From Chitinophaga pinensis (GTDB lineage: Bacteria; Bacteroidota; Bacteroidia; NS11-12g; UBA9320): DNA of 64,000 nucleotides. Positions within the stretch are counted from its first letter, which is position 1; each line of letters begins with the position of its first letter. The translations under genes and the position numbers were made by a program. The notes under the pieces are model-generated. The model did not search any database. It saw only the letters and a program-made list of their open reading frames with translations, and was not told the DNA's origin. Positions 19,267-29,961 of the stretch are shown piece after piece. The stretch covers positions 18,307 to 82,306 of the forward strand of contig CAMDGU010000002.1 in assembly GCA_945897885.1 (NCBI GenBank), given 5' to 3'.

Positions 19267-21138
19267 TTAAACCATCTCACTTAATTCTAACCAGCGCAAC
19301 TCATTTTCTTCTAATTGAGTTGTTATTTTTTCAATTTCAAATGCAAAATTGGTTAGCTCATTGTAAGGCAAACCACCTTCGTTTAGTTTATTTTCTAAAG
19401 CTAATTTTTCTTTTTCAAGTTTTTCAATTTCTTCGGTCAGTTGTTCAAGTTCATGCTTTTCTTTAAACGACATTTTGCGTTTTTCAACATTAACTTCTTT
19501 TGCTTTTATCTGAGCTTCAGCCAATGGCTTAGGTTGCGGTTTTACAACTTCCTTTGGTTTTGCTTTCCACTCTCTGTAATCCGTATAATTACCTGGATAG
19601 TCCTTTATTTTTCCATTTTCTTCAAAAGCAAAAATATGGTCACAAACTTTATCCAAAAAATATCGATCATGGCTCACCACCATTACGTTTCCCTCAAAAG
19701 CTTCTAAAAAATCTTCCAACACATTTAATGTATCAATATCAAAATCGTTGGTAGGCTCATCCAATATCAAAAAGTTAGGGGCAGTCATTAATATTTTTAA
19801 CAACTGTAGTCGGCGTTTTTCACCACCACTTAACTTACCAATTGGTGTATAGTGTTGCTCCCTTCTGAATAAAAATCTCTCTAAAAACTGAACAGCCGTA
19901 ATGGTTTTTCCGTTGCCCATTTGCACATTGTCAGCTATTTCCCTAACCTCTTCTATCAGTCTGTTTTCGGGATTAAGCGGAGCACTGTTTTGAGAAAAAT
20001 ATCCAAAAACCGTAGTTTGGCCAACCACCACAGAACCCTTGGTCGGTTTTAATAATTCGCAAGCAATGTTTATCAAGGTACTTTTTCCGGCACCATTCTT
20101 TCCAACAACCCCTATTTTCTCTTTATTCTTAAAAATATGTGTAAAATCATTAATCAACTTTTGCCCATTGTATCCATGTTCCAAATGATGAAATTCGAGA
20201 ATTTTACTCCCTTGCCTTGCCCCTCTTATGCTTAATTCAAGTTTTTGGTTATCTACTTTTACACTGGCTTTGTCTTTAATTTCATAAAACGCTTCAATAC
20301 GCGATTTGCTCTTTGTGCCTCTAGCTTGTGGCTGTCTTCGCATCCATTCCAGCTCCTTAAGCATTAATAATTTTGCTTTGCCTTGCTCCACCGCTGCCAT
20401 TTGCATCCGCTCAGCCTTTTTCTCTAAATAATAAGCATAATTCCCTTTGTAAGAAACCAAACCAGAGGGTTCTAATTCAACAATACGATTACAAATTCTA
20501 TCTATAAAATAACGGTCATGACTTACAAGCAGCATGGTTACATTTTTGCCGTTCAGCAAATTTTCCAACCATTCAATGGCTTCAATATCCAAATGGTTGG
20601 TAGGTTCATCTAATATAAAAACATCGGGTTGCATCAATAGCATAGCGGCAATAGCTAACCTGCGTTTTTGCCCGCCACTTAATGAACCTGCCTTTTGTTC
20701 TAAATGAGTAATGCCTAGTTTTGCCAAAGTTTCCCTCACTTGGCTTTCATAGTCCCACGCCTTTTGATTGTCCATTTCGCCCATAATTTCAGCCATTTTA
20801 TCGTGCGAAAAATCTGGGTCGGCCTGAGCCATTTCAAATTCACTCACCAACTTGGCCAAAGGATTGCATTCATCAAAAATAATTTGCCAAACGGTAAGGT
20901 CAGGGTTTATTTCGGGTTCCTGTGGCAGATAAACGACTTTCACAGAATTATTATGAACTACTTCGCCCCTATCTGCCGGTTCAGCTTTTGCCAACAAGCG
21001 CAATAAGGTGCTCTTTCCCGCCCCATTTTTACCAATCAAGGCTATTTTTTCACCTTGATTTACCCCAAAATTAAGGTCGGTAAATAACCAGGTTTCATTA
21101 TACGATTTTCCAAGCCCTTCGGCAGATATGCAATTCAT
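19267..21138 (-). CDS. ABC-F family ATPase (two ABC domains, C-terminal coiled coil; translation-factor type, Uup/EttA-like)
   Basis: Two Walker A motifs (GKNGAGKSTLL, twice). Signatures LSGGQKRR and LSGGEKRR. No TM domain. C-terminal KEKHELEQLTEEIEKLEKEKLALENKL. Start re-placed at ATG 21138 (MNCISAEGLGKSY). Confidence 0.9.
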   Translation of the reverse strand: MNCISAEGLGKSYNETWLFTDLNFGVNQGEKIALIGKNGAGKSTLLRLLAKAEPADRGEVVHNNSVKVVYLPQEPEINPDLTVWQIIFDECNPLAKLVSEFEMAQADPDFSHDKMAEIMGEMDNQKAWDYESQVRETLAKLGITHLEQKAGSLSGGQKRRLAIAAMLLMQPDVFILDEPTNHLDIEAIEWLENLLNGKNVTMLLVSHDRYFIDRICNRIVELEPSGLVSYKGNYAYYLEKKAERMQMAAVEQGKAKLLMLKELEWMRRQPQARGTKSKSRIEAFYEIKDKASVKVDNQKLELSIRGARQGSKILEFHHLEHGYNGQKLINDFTHIFKNKEKIGVVGKNGAGKSTLINIACELLKPTKGSVVVGQTTVFGYFSQNSAPLNPENRLIEEVREIADNVQMGNGKTITAVQFLERFLFRREQHYTPIGKLSGGEKRRLQLLKILMTAPNFLILDEPTNDFDIDTLNVLEDFLEAFEGNVMVVSHDRYFLDKVCDHIFAFEENGKIKDYPGNYTDYREWKAKPKEVVKPQPKPLAEAQIKAKEVNVEKRKMSFKEKHELEQLTEEIEKLEKEKLALENKLNEGGLPYNELTNFAFEIEKITTQLEENELRWLELSEMV

Positions 21139-21289
21139 TAATTGATGTGAGATAAGATTAAGATTACGAAGACTAAGCCGCAAAGATACCGTGATTGGCT
21201 GTATATCCCTATCCCATTTTATAGAACTTTACAAATTGCTTTAAAAAAAAATAGGATTTCCTTTGGGGCTATTCACCAATCCTGAATAA

Positions 21290-21561
21290 TTATCTTAGAA
21301 CTGCTGTGTAAGCCTCCCCAAAAAACGTACAAACTAATAATTTTTCAGGTTCAATGCTAACAATATGGCCGGTTACAAAAACCATTTTTTTCCTTCATAA
21401 GTAGCCTTCCATTCCAGTAAGCTTCCACGTTTCCATTCACTGAAAGTTTCGCAGCCAAACATGTATTTTTTAGTTTGCTCAGGGTTAATAAGCGCATCCC
21501 ATACTTTGGAAGCCTGGGCATTGATTGTGATGGTATTTTGGATTTGCAGGGGTTTGGGCAT
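21290..21561 (-). pseudogene. SRPBCC/AHSA1-domain protein, truncated by a frameshift at an A7 tract
   Basis: 62-aa ORF NTITINAQASKVWDALINPEQTKKY...GSLLEWKATYEGKK stops. The +1 frame continues MVFVTGHIVSIEPEKLLVCTF, which fits the conserved GEVLEVEPPKRLVYTW block, then terminates again. Plus-strand T7 run at 21385-21391. Confidence 0.55.
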
Positions 21562-21613
21562 ACAGCACTATTATCTGATTCTATATTTTAAATTTATTCA
21601 ATTTATCTACTAA

Positions 21614-23305
21614 TCAAAACGCAATCCCCTTCTCGACAATCCCCAATAACTCATCCGCTTCTGTATGGTTTTTTTCCAACAAAGCCTTGGCTTCATCTGC
21701 TAATTGCTTCGCGGCTGTTTTATCCGTTAATCCCTTTGCATTAATCATCACGTTATAATATGCAGCCTTTACAGCGGTTTTATTACACAATATTCCTGCA
21801 GCACCATCAGACAAGGTATTTTGATTACCATTCTCAATCATTTCTTTGGCTATTTCCAATATCTTGTGGGCTACTTTCATTGTCAACAAAGGTATTTGGG
21901 TGGCATATAACGAAGCTGCTTCAATGGCCGCTTTGCGAAGGGTGATTTCTTCGGCATTGGTTTTCGGTAATTTAAACGCTTCCATTATTCCGGCAAAGGC
22001 ATTGGTGTCTTCATCTACCAATCTTAATAATTCCACCTTTAATGTTTGGCCTTTTTCGGCTATGTTGCTAAAATATTCCCAGCGGTCTTCCCAGCCTTTT
22101 TTATTAGCACTCACATTGGCTACCATCGTAGCTAATGCTGCTCCCAAAGCTCCTGTATATGCGGCAATAGAACCGCCGCCCGGTGCGGTGCTTTCGCTAG
22201 CGGTAATATCCGCAAAGTCGCTGCAAGTCATGTCAATTAACTTTTTGACGTTGCCTCGCATTTGGTATTCTATTATTTTTTTGTTGGGGTCAAACGGAGC
22301 CAATTCATCCAATCCTAAAGATTTTATGGCTATCTCAATTAATTCTTTTTCCGATACCCCAACGCTTCGCTCCTGCTTGGCCAAATAATGTCTGCCTGCA
22401 TCTAGCATAGCGTTTAAAGGAACCAATCCCACCAACTCACTTCCTGTAACTCTTACTCCACGGGATAATGCACTTTCATTCACCTCATCAAAAAACACGT
22501 GAACAGGTGTTACGTTATAATTGGTAAGGTTGGCCGAAATTTGTGCCACACCGTATTCTTCGATGTACCAGCCAATAGCTTTCACTTCCTTGCATTTTCC
22601 GGGGATACGAATAGGTTCACCGGTTTCATCCAAAGCTATTTCACCTGAGATTGGATTTCCAATTCGCTTTACCCTACCTGCCTCGCGAACATCAAATGCA
22701 ATTCGGTTTGCAATTCGGGTACTTTTTGTATTTAGGTTGATATTATAAGCAATTAAAAAACCCCTTGCCCCTATTACCGTTGCCCCTTTTTTAGCATTAA
22801 AAACGGTTGGTCCAAAATCCGGTTTCCATTCGGGTTGTATTATCTTTTCAGGAAAACCTTCGTATTCACCTGCCCGTATTATAGATAAATCATTTCTGTT
22901 GTTGTTTGGTTGCGCATAACCATATAAATAAACCGGGATATCGGTTTCCTTCCCAACCCGTTCAGCCAATTTTTGAGCATATTTAGCAGTTTCCTCCATG
23001 CTTATTCCACTTACAGGAACCAATGGACAAACATCTGTTGCTCCCATGCGAGGATGTTCGCCTTTGTGCTGTCGCATGTCTATTAACTCACCGGCTTTAA
23101 CAATGGCTTGAAAAGCTGCTTCAACAACAGCTTTTGGATGACCCACAAATGTTATAACTGTTCTATTCGTGGCTTTACCGGGGTCTACATCCAATAAAGT
23201 TACCCCCTCCACGGCTTCAATAACATCTGTAATTTGTTTTATGATTTGTAAGTTGCGGCCTTCACTAAAATTAGGCACACACTCAATAATTGGTATATTC
23301 GACAT
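21614..23305 (-). CDS. ftcD: Bifunctional glutamate formimidoyltransferase / formimidoyl-tetrahydrofolate cyclodeaminase (FTCD)
   Basis: N-terminal MSNIPIIECVPNFSEGRN... formiminotransferase domain. C-terminal helical cyclodeaminase domain (about 200 aa). 563 aa. Confidence 0.85.
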   Translation of the reverse strand: MSNIPIIECVPNFSEGRNLQIIKQITDVIEAVEGVTLLDVDPGKATNRTVITFVGHPKAVVEAAFQAIVKAGELIDMRQHKGEHPRMGATDVCPLVPVSGISMEETAKYAQKLAERVGKETDIPVYLYGYAQPNNNRNDLSIIRAGEYEGFPEKIIQPEWKPDFGPTVFNAKKGATVIGARGFLIAYNINLNTKSTRIANRIAFDVREAGRVKRIGNPISGEIALDETGEPIRIPGKCKEVKAIGWYIEEYGVAQISANLTNYNVTPVHVFFDEVNESALSRGVRVTGSELVGLVPLNAMLDAGRHYLAKQERSVGVSEKELIEIAIKSLGLDELAPFDPNKKIIEYQMRGNVKKLIDMTCSDFADITASESTAPGGGSIAAYTGALGAALATMVANVSANKKGWEDRWEYFSNIAEKGQTLKVELLRLVDEDTNAFAGIMEAFKLPKTNAEEITLRKAAIEAASLYATQIPLLTMKVAHKILEIAKEMIENGNQNTLSDGAAGILCNKTAVKAAYYNVMINAKGLTDKTAAKQLADEAKALLEKNHTEADELLGIVEKGIAF

Positions 23306-23398
23306 AACGGGTGCAAAAATACTTAAAAGGTTAAAGGTTAAGATAGAAAGGTTAAGGTTAAAACCAAATTTTAAACTTTAGCCTTTTTACTATAACCT

Positions 23399-26302
23399 TT
23401 AAAATTCTTTCCCAACGGTTAGATATCCAAATTCCCCAATTGTCCCTTTCTCATTATAGCCTATAGCATAGTCGAAGCCTATTTCATAACCAAAAAGTAT
23501 TGAATTAGCTCCAAGCCCCCAACTCCATAACAACGGATTTTTGGCTACATAATTGGTAATTGTCATACTGCCAGTTTCTATCACATCTTTGTTATCAGGA
23601 TTATTTATAGAAAACGGATTGCGGCCAAACCATGCCATACCAATATTTGAATAGGTTCGAAAGGTTAAATATTTAAAGAAATTTTGATTGAAATTTTGCT
23701 GTGACAGAATGGGATTAACAGGAAGTGTTAAAATTATTTTGGCAATGGCATTACTGGTTCCGGCTTTGTAATTATAAGGTAATCCTGCAAAATCATTGGT
23801 AGTTGAGTACAATCCTATTTTATCGGTATTAAAAACTCTGGAACTGCCATAAACAGGCCTTAACCAATTAGAAACCCCACCCAAAAGCCAAACTGTTTTT
23901 TGCTGTCCAACCGAACTTTGCATAGTAAAACGGGTACTCAAATGAAAAATTCTAAAAAAAGATTGATCATGTTTTAATCGAAAAATCAAATTCGTGTTTA
24001 CCCCTGTTTTACGTATTGGTTTAAAGGTTACTACTTCAAAAAAAGTTGTTAGTTTTTGAGAATAATTAAGATGTGTATAGGAAAGAATATTATAATCTAA
24101 ACTACTTTGTAAAAAAGGTTGCTGAAGCTTTGTTATTGGCAATTGCAAATTTTCAGCACTGGTTGATAATGGCAACTTAACATCTGCCCTATAACCAATG
24201 GCAGAGGTAAAATTTAAACGAGGATGAAACTTATACTTAACAAAATATTTTATTTCCATGGCTGTAAAACGCGATTCCTGATTGTATAATTCCCTTTGAT
24301 AAATTGAGTTGAATAAAGAAAAACCATGCGTGTAATAATCTGTTTTTGCGGTGAAGGAAAAATCCAAATCTGTTCCCTTCCCATTTAAGGGTTGACGAAG
24401 GTTAGCTGCCAATGAATATTTTTTTAAAACATCTGTAATCCTGCATCCTATAAGGATATTGGGGCCGTTGTTGATTCCGGCATTTAAAGGAAAAAAACTA
24501 GCAAAAAGTGGTGAATTGAATTGTGAATTAGTGAAACCCAATCGAATAGTTGAAGGTTTAAATTCATACTTGTGAGCCACAAATTCTTTTAGTTTTAATG
24601 GCAGCTTATTTTCACTGGCCGTTTTAAATTCCTTTCCTGGTATCCTACTTTTTTTATATTCAAAACCTGTGATAAACTTATAGGAAGTAATTTTCTTTAC
24701 TAAAGTATCTGATTTTAAATCATCGGAATTAAAACTGATTTTAATACTTGTGTCGGTTTCTTTAATTTTTACTTTATCAAATGAAGCATCAGAAATAACT
24801 ATGTAATTTTTCTTTCCATATTTTAAAACTTCCAGTACTTTTTTTGTTTGTGAGTTGTAATCGTAGTTAAAAACTGAACGGGTATAGTTGGTAACTTGAA
24901 AAGTGTAATTGCTATCTTCTGTGTTAATAATCATTCCAACATTTTTTGCGTTCCCTGTTTGAATAAAAGATAGGTAGTTTTTGTCGTAGTTGTTTAAATC
25001 TAAGATGGGATTTGTGTTTTTATATATAGGAAGAAGTGACAATTTATTCTTGAACAAAAATGACTTACCATCAAATACTACTAAAATTAAGCTATCTTTA
25101 TTATCAAAGGCAAAGTCTGTTTCTTCACTTAAACTGTTAGTTAGATTTATTGGATGGTTAGTTTTACCGAATGATAACTTATAAACATCCGTTTGGTAAC
25201 TTTTTTGAGCTAAAAAAGCTAACCCTTCATTAGGATGTTCTTTGATAGAAAAAACATAATTAAAATCCAAGTAAACCGTTTTTGTTATTTTTCCATTTTC
25301 AACAAGTATTAAATGGCTGCTTATCCCGTCGCTTTTTGTTAAATAATAATCACCTGCATAATTTATAAATGCCCAAACATTTTTTTTATTTAAGGACTTG
25401 GTTTTAAATTTTCTTACTGACAGTTGATTCTCTATGTCATAATTCCATACTTCCACACCGTCCAGTGTTCTAATTAAAAAATCAATTCCACTTCCGCTTT
25501 TATTAAATTTCACATCAATAATTTCTGCCGTCAAAAGTTTGCTTATAATTAACTCAGGATCGTTGGGAAGTCGGGTGTTTCTATCTTTTAAATATTTTGT
25601 TTTTTCCAATTTAAACCAGTCCGATAATACCCAATTAACATTTTTATTAAATACATACTGAAATGCAAAGTCAGTTTTACCTGATAACTTGGTGTAAAAC
25701 AATAATTGTCTTAGTTTACTCATTCCAAACGAATCGTTGATATAAATAAAAACAGCATGGCCAAATTCAGCCAATTCCGATTTATCCGTCAAGTTTAGAT
25801 TGAGTTTTAATTTCCCTTCATAATAATCCGACATCCATCCTGCATTGGGCTTATTACCTCCTGCTACAAATTTTGCCAAGCCTGAAACATACCAGTTAGG
25901 AACATTTATTTCACGGTTATTTTTTAAACGTTCTTTAATGATATTTCCATAAAGCATATCGTTTATCAAAATTTCAGCCAGCTTTTCTTTTAAAATTATT
26001 AAAACTGATTTGGTATTGCCACGATAGTTTAGATATATGGACGAATTTTCAAGAATGATGTTACCATTGCGCTGAAGTACCACGTAATCATCTGTAATTG
26101 GGGCTTCTGATAAAAAAATGTCAATTTGTTCTACTAATCGGGTACCTAAAAAATTTTCCATTGTTTCAAGGCTGCTTTCGGCTTCAGAAATTATTTGCTT
26201 TGCCAAAATTTGCCCACCTTCGGTGTAATACACTTTAAAATTAAATGATTTTAAAACCATTTGCTTTTCGTCACTTGCTTTTAGCAAAGTGTTAAAAAAC
26301 AT
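23399..26302 (-). CDS. Large (967 aa) hypothetical outer-membrane-associated protein: beta-propeller-like middle region and C-terminal beta-barrel-like region ending in Phe
   Basis: Intact ORF. Ends ...GYLTVGKEF (aromatic terminal residue as in OM beta-barrels). No signal peptide from the ATG at 26302, although the in-frame upstream peptide IANKASIVFFLVF is hydrophobic, so the start is uncertain. Confidence 0.6.
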   Translation of the reverse strand: MFFNTLLKASDEKQMVLKSFNFKVYYTEGGQILAKQIISEAESSLETMENFLGTRLVEQIDIFLSEAPITDDYVVLQRNGNIILENSSIYLNYRGNTKSVLIILKEKLAEILINDMLYGNIIKERLKNNREINVPNWYVSGLAKFVAGGNKPNAGWMSDYYEGKLKLNLNLTDKSELAEFGHAVFIYINDSFGMSKLRQLLFYTKLSGKTDFAFQYVFNKNVNWVLSDWFKLEKTKYLKDRNTRLPNDPELIISKLLTAEIIDVKFNKSGSGIDFLIRTLDGVEVWNYDIENQLSVRKFKTKSLNKKNVWAFINYAGDYYLTKSDGISSHLILVENGKITKTVYLDFNYVFSIKEHPNEGLAFLAQKSYQTDVYKLSFGKTNHPINLTNSLSEETDFAFDNKDSLILVVFDGKSFLFKNKLSLLPIYKNTNPILDLNNYDKNYLSFIQTGNAKNVGMIINTEDSNYTFQVTNYTRSVFNYDYNSQTKKVLEVLKYGKKNYIVISDASFDKVKIKETDTSIKISFNSDDLKSDTLVKKITSYKFITGFEYKKSRIPGKEFKTASENKLPLKLKEFVAHKYEFKPSTIRLGFTNSQFNSPLFASFFPLNAGINNGPNILIGCRITDVLKKYSLAANLRQPLNGKGTDLDFSFTAKTDYYTHGFSLFNSIYQRELYNQESRFTAMEIKYFVKYKFHPRLNFTSAIGYRADVKLPLSTSAENLQLPITKLQQPFLQSSLDYNILSYTHLNYSQKLTTFFEVVTFKPIRKTGVNTNLIFRLKHDQSFFRIFHLSTRFTMQSSVGQQKTVWLLGGVSNWLRPVYGSSRVFNTDKIGLYSTTNDFAGLPYNYKAGTSNAIAKIILTLPVNPILSQQNFNQNFFKYLTFRTYSNIGMAWFGRNPFSINNPDNKDVIETGSMTITNYVAKNPLLWSWGLGANSILFGYEIGFDYAIGYNEKGTIGEFGYLTVGKEF

Positions 26303-26468
26303 GAATACTAAAAAGAATACTATAGAAGCCTTGTTTGCGATTTAACAAAGTTAATAAATAATTCACTATCGAAGATTATTAGGTTAGTTCCCATTTAATA
26401 CCTTCATTTTAAGGTTATTTTAACCACTAAAATCGTCTTTTAAAAAGGTTTGATATACCTTTGCCTCC

Positions 26469-27692
26469 ATGATGGCAAAACAAACACATCCTGCTATAGA
26501 ACTTGAAAATAAATATGGTGCTCATAATTATCACCCAATTCCGGTTGTAATTGAGAGAGGACATGGTATTTATGTTTGGGATACCGATGGAAAGAAATAT
26601 TTTGACTTCCTATCAGCCTACAGTGCAGTAAATCAAGGTCATTGCCATCCAAAAATCATAAACGCACTAACCGATCAAGCTCGAAAACTTACATTAACTT
26701 CCAGAGCATTTCATAACAATATATTGGGTGAGTATGAAAAATATATAACCAATTATTTTGGATATGATAAAGTTTTACCAATGAATACTGGGGTTGAAGG
26801 TGGTGAAACCGCAATTAAATTATGTCGCAAATGGGCTTATGAGGTAAAGGGAGTTCCAACTAACCAAGCCAAAATACTTTTTGTTGAAGGAAATTTTTGG
26901 GGCCGCACCATGGCGGCTGTTTCGTCATCAACAGACCCAAGCAGCTTTAATAATTTCGGTCCTTTTATGCCGGGGTTTGAAGTTATTCCCTATAACAATA
27001 TTCCCGCATTAGAAAAAGCTCTGGAAGACCCCAATGTAGCAGGATTTATGATAGAACCTATTCAAGGGGAAGCCGGTGTTATTATTCCTAATGATGGATA
27101 CTTAAAAAATGCTTACGATTTATGCAAAGCTAAAAATGTACTCTTTATAGCCGATGAAGTACAAACCGGTATTGGCCGAACCGGTAAATTACTGGCTTGC
27201 GATTATGAAAATGTTAAACCGGATATTTTAGTATTGGGTAAAGCTCTCGGTGGCGGAGTGCTGCCGGTGTCTGCCGTTCTTTGTCGTGATGAGATAATGA
27301 TGACCATAAAACCCGGTCAACATGGTTCTACCTTTGGTGGAAACCCACTGGCATGCAAAGTGGCAATGGCAGCTTTAGAGGTTATTAAAGATGAAAACCT
27401 TTCAGAAAACTCATTTAAAATGGGTAAAATTTTTAGGGCAAGATTACAAAATATCAATTCACCAATTATAGACACTATCCGAGGTAAAGGTCTGTTTAAC
27501 GCCGTTGTTATAAAACCATTTAGCCACAATAAAACGGCCTGGGATGTTTGCCTTGCTTTGAAAGACAATGGTTTATTGGCCAAACAAACGCATGATCACA
27601 TTATCCGATTTGCTCCTCCTTTAACGATCACTGAAGCTGAAATAAATGAAGCTGCGGATATTATCGAAAGGACGATTTTGGAGTGTAATTAA
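26469..27692 (+). CDS. rocD: Ornithine--oxo-acid aminotransferase (class III PLP aminotransferase)
   Basis: N-terminal [53 protein letters not shown] is highly characteristic of OAT. 407 aa. Confidence 0.85.
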   Translation: MMAKQTHPAIELENKYGAHNYHPIPVVIERGHGIYVWDTDGKKYFDFLSAYSAVNQGHCHPKIINALTDQARKLTLTSRAFHNNILGEYEKYITNYFGYDKVLPMNTGVEGGETAIKLCRKWAYEVKGVPTNQAKILFVEGNFWGRTMAAVSSSTDPSSFNNFGPFMPGFEVIPYNNIPALEKALEDPNVAGFMIEPIQGEAGVIIPNDGYLKNAYDLCKAKNVLFIADEVQTGIGRTGKLLACDYENVKPDILVLGKALGGGVLPVSAVLCRDEIMMTIKPGQHGSTFGGNPLACKVAMAALEVIKDENLSENSFKMGKIFRARLQNINSPIIDTIRGKGLFNAVVIKPFSHNKTAWDVCLALKDNGLLAKQTHDHIIRFAPPLTITEAEINEAADIIERTILECN

Positions 27693-27701
27693 TAGTTTTT
27701 A

Positions 27702-28583
27702 TTAGTTAGAAATCACCATCAAAGAATCCTTTACTACTTTAAATTCCAATTCTTCTTTGAGCCAAATGGGTTCACCATCTAAATGAACTGGCCCTTCTTT
27801 TTGGCGCTTAATTTTTAAATTATGAAACGGGATATCCTTGTAATATTTACTCTCAGCTATTTCGCCGGTTAAAAATCGTTTTATCAAGCCGGGAATAGCA
27901 AGCAAAGGTGGTTTATTTAACAAACAGCATCGTAACTGACCATCATTAAGTTCTGCATCAGGAGCTATATAAAATTCATTACCCCACTGCGACCCATTGG
28001 CCACGCTTATTAAAAAAACTGTTTCTTCAGATTTGTTTCCATCTAGTGTTAACTCATAGGTTTCTTCGGGATACAATCTTGCTTCTTTTAATGAAACCTT
28101 AGCGTAATTCATTAAGCCTCTTCCTTCGGTATTTGAAAATAGGTGACTTACATGTGCATCAAATCCAATCCCCGAAACATTTAGAAAAAAATGACCATTG
28201 CATTCTCCTGTATCAATTGTTTTTATATGACCATTCAACAATATTTGTAGTTGGTCAACAATGTGTCCTTTAATACCTAAATGCCTTGCAAATCCATTTC
28301 CTGAACCAAATGGAATGATACCTAAAACTATATCGGTATTAACAATTTCCTTGGCTACCTGATTAATTGTGCCATCACCACCTACCGCCACAAGGGTATT
28401 GAAACCTCGTGATATGCCATCCTTAACTAAATCAGCAACCTTCACACCTGTTTCCCACCAGCCAATTCCAAATTCCAGCTGATTTTCATTCATTATTTCA
28501 TTAATGTATTTAAGCGCATCCTTTTTTGAACGGCCTCCTGAAATAGGATTGATTATATAATAGAAGCGTCTATTGGTTAACAT
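27702..28583 (-). CDS. Diacylglycerol kinase-family lipid kinase (YegS/BmrU-like)
   Basis: DAGK catalytic motifs YYIINPISGG and VAVGGDGTINQVA. 293 aa. Confidence 0.8.
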   Translation of the reverse strand: MLTNRRFYYIINPISGGRSKKDALKYINEIMNENQLEFGIGWWETGVKVADLVKDGISRGFNTLVAVGGDGTINQVAKEIVNTDIVLGIIPFGSGNGFARHLGIKGHIVDQLQILLNGHIKTIDTGECNGHFFLNVSGIGFDAHVSHLFSNTEGRGLMNYAKVSLKEARLYPEETYELTLDGNKSEETVFLISVANGSQWGNEFYIAPDAELNDGQLRCCLLNKPPLLAIPGLIKRFLTGEIAESKYYKDIPFHNLKIKRQKEGPVHLDGEPIWLKEELEFKVVKDSLMVISN

Positions 28584-28586
28584 TGT

Positions 28587-29240
28587 TTATTGACTAAAAA
28601 CATATTGTAAAATATTGGCTCCCATCTTTAACGCTTGTTGCCGCTTATCTTCACTATCGCCGTGTATACCAAAATCTTCCCAACCATTACCCAAATCACA
28701 TTCGTAGGTATACAAGCATACTAATCTGCCTTCATATAACAATCCAAAAGCTTGGGGAGGTTTTGCATCGTGTTCATGTATTTTGGGCAAACCATTTGTA
28801 AATTCATATTTTTGGTGAAATACAGGATGATTAAAAGGAAGTTCTACAAAATCTAGTTCAGGGAATACTTTTTTGAGCTGCGGTCTAACATGGGGATCTA
28901 AACCATAATTATCGTCTATATGCAAAAAACCACCGGCCATTAAATAGTTACGAAGATTATCGGCTTCATTATCATTAAACAAAAATGTACCATGCCCGGT
29001 CATAAAAATATAAGGATAGTTAAATACTTCCTTACTTGCCAGTTCCACGGTTGCCTCTCTAGAGTCAATGGTAGTTCCTAACTGCCGATTACAAAAAGTT
29101 ATTAAATTGGGTAAGGCTGTTCGAGCGGCATACCAATCACCCCCTCCGGCATATTTAAGTCGCGCTATTCGCAAAGGTCCTTCTTGAGCAAAGGAACTGT
29201 TTACAATAAAAATTAATAAACTATAGATTAAATATCTCAC
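28587..29240 (-). CDS. Secreted DUF4159-like protein
   Basis: Signal peptide MRYLIYSLLIFIVNSSFAQ. RLKYAGGGDWY motif recalled as DUF4159. GTG start. 4-nt gap to the lipid kinase gene. Confidence 0.5.
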   Translation of the reverse strand: MRYLIYSLLIFIVNSSFAQEGPLRIARLKYAGGGDWYAARTALPNLITFCNRQLGTTIDSREATVELASKEVFNYPYIFMTGHGTFLFNDNEADNLRNYLMAGGFLHIDDNYGLDPHVRPQLKKVFPELDFVELPFNHPVFHQKYEFTNGLPKIHEHDAKPPQAFGLLYEGRLVCLYTYECDLGNGWEDFGIHGDSEDKRQQALKMGANILQYVFSQ

Positions 29241-29311
29241 CTCTCTTTAATACTGCAAAAGTGCAAAATAATCAGGAAATTTTAACGCTTAAAATATGTT
29301 ATTTAATGCAA

Positions 29312-29851
29312 TTAAATCCTCCATTTTTCAATTTCATTTATGGCCTTAAATTCGTCATCCCAAGCAATAAATTCGGTAGTATCATTTTGCTTGTCATAAT
29401 TTAAAAACCATTTAACTAAGATTTCCATAATGGCTGGATAGAGTGTTTTTAATTCTGCGAAATTTGTAGCACAGATGGTTCTTAATTCAGGATTTGCCGG
29501 CACTCCTATTATTTTGCTATCCAATTCATTACTATCTTTAAGTCTTAAAAGAGCTATAGGGATAAATTCTATTAAGCTACCAAGTGATAAACTTTCGCAA
29601 ATTATTAAAGCATCTAGTGGATCCCCATCTCCTCCTCTTAGTTTATCCATTGCCGTACTTGGGATAAAACCATAATTTACAGGATATCCTAAAAAATCAA
29701 TAATCCGAGGATTCCCATTTCTTAAACTAACTTCAAAAGCTCCCGTTTCTTTATTAATTTCGGTTTTTCGATTGGTTCCTGCGGGTATTTCTATTATAGC
29801 TCGATAATTTCCGGTGTTCGTTTGAGATTTGATGTAAAGGAGATTGCTCAT
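29312..29851 (-). CDS. ppa: Inorganic pyrophosphatase (family I)
   Basis: EIPAGTNRKTEINKETG...DGDPLDALIIC conserved PPase motifs. Start re-placed at ATG 29851 (MSNLLYIK). Confidence 0.85.
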   Translation of the reverse strand: MSNLLYIKSQTNTGNYRAIIEIPAGTNRKTEINKETGAFEVSLRNGNPRIIDFLGYPVNYGFIPSTAMDKLRGGDGDPLDALIICESLSLGSLIEFIPIALLRLKDSNELDSKIIGVPANPELRTICATNFAELKTLYPAIMEILVKWFLNYDKQNDTTEFIAWDDEFKAINEIEKWRI

Positions 29852-29961
29852 GAGTTGCAAAAATGGGCATAAGTTTTAACATTTTTGAATTAGCAGAATT
29901 TATCAATTTAATCCTCAACATTTTTTTGCATTTTTGCAGTCCTTTAAAAACAAAATAATTT

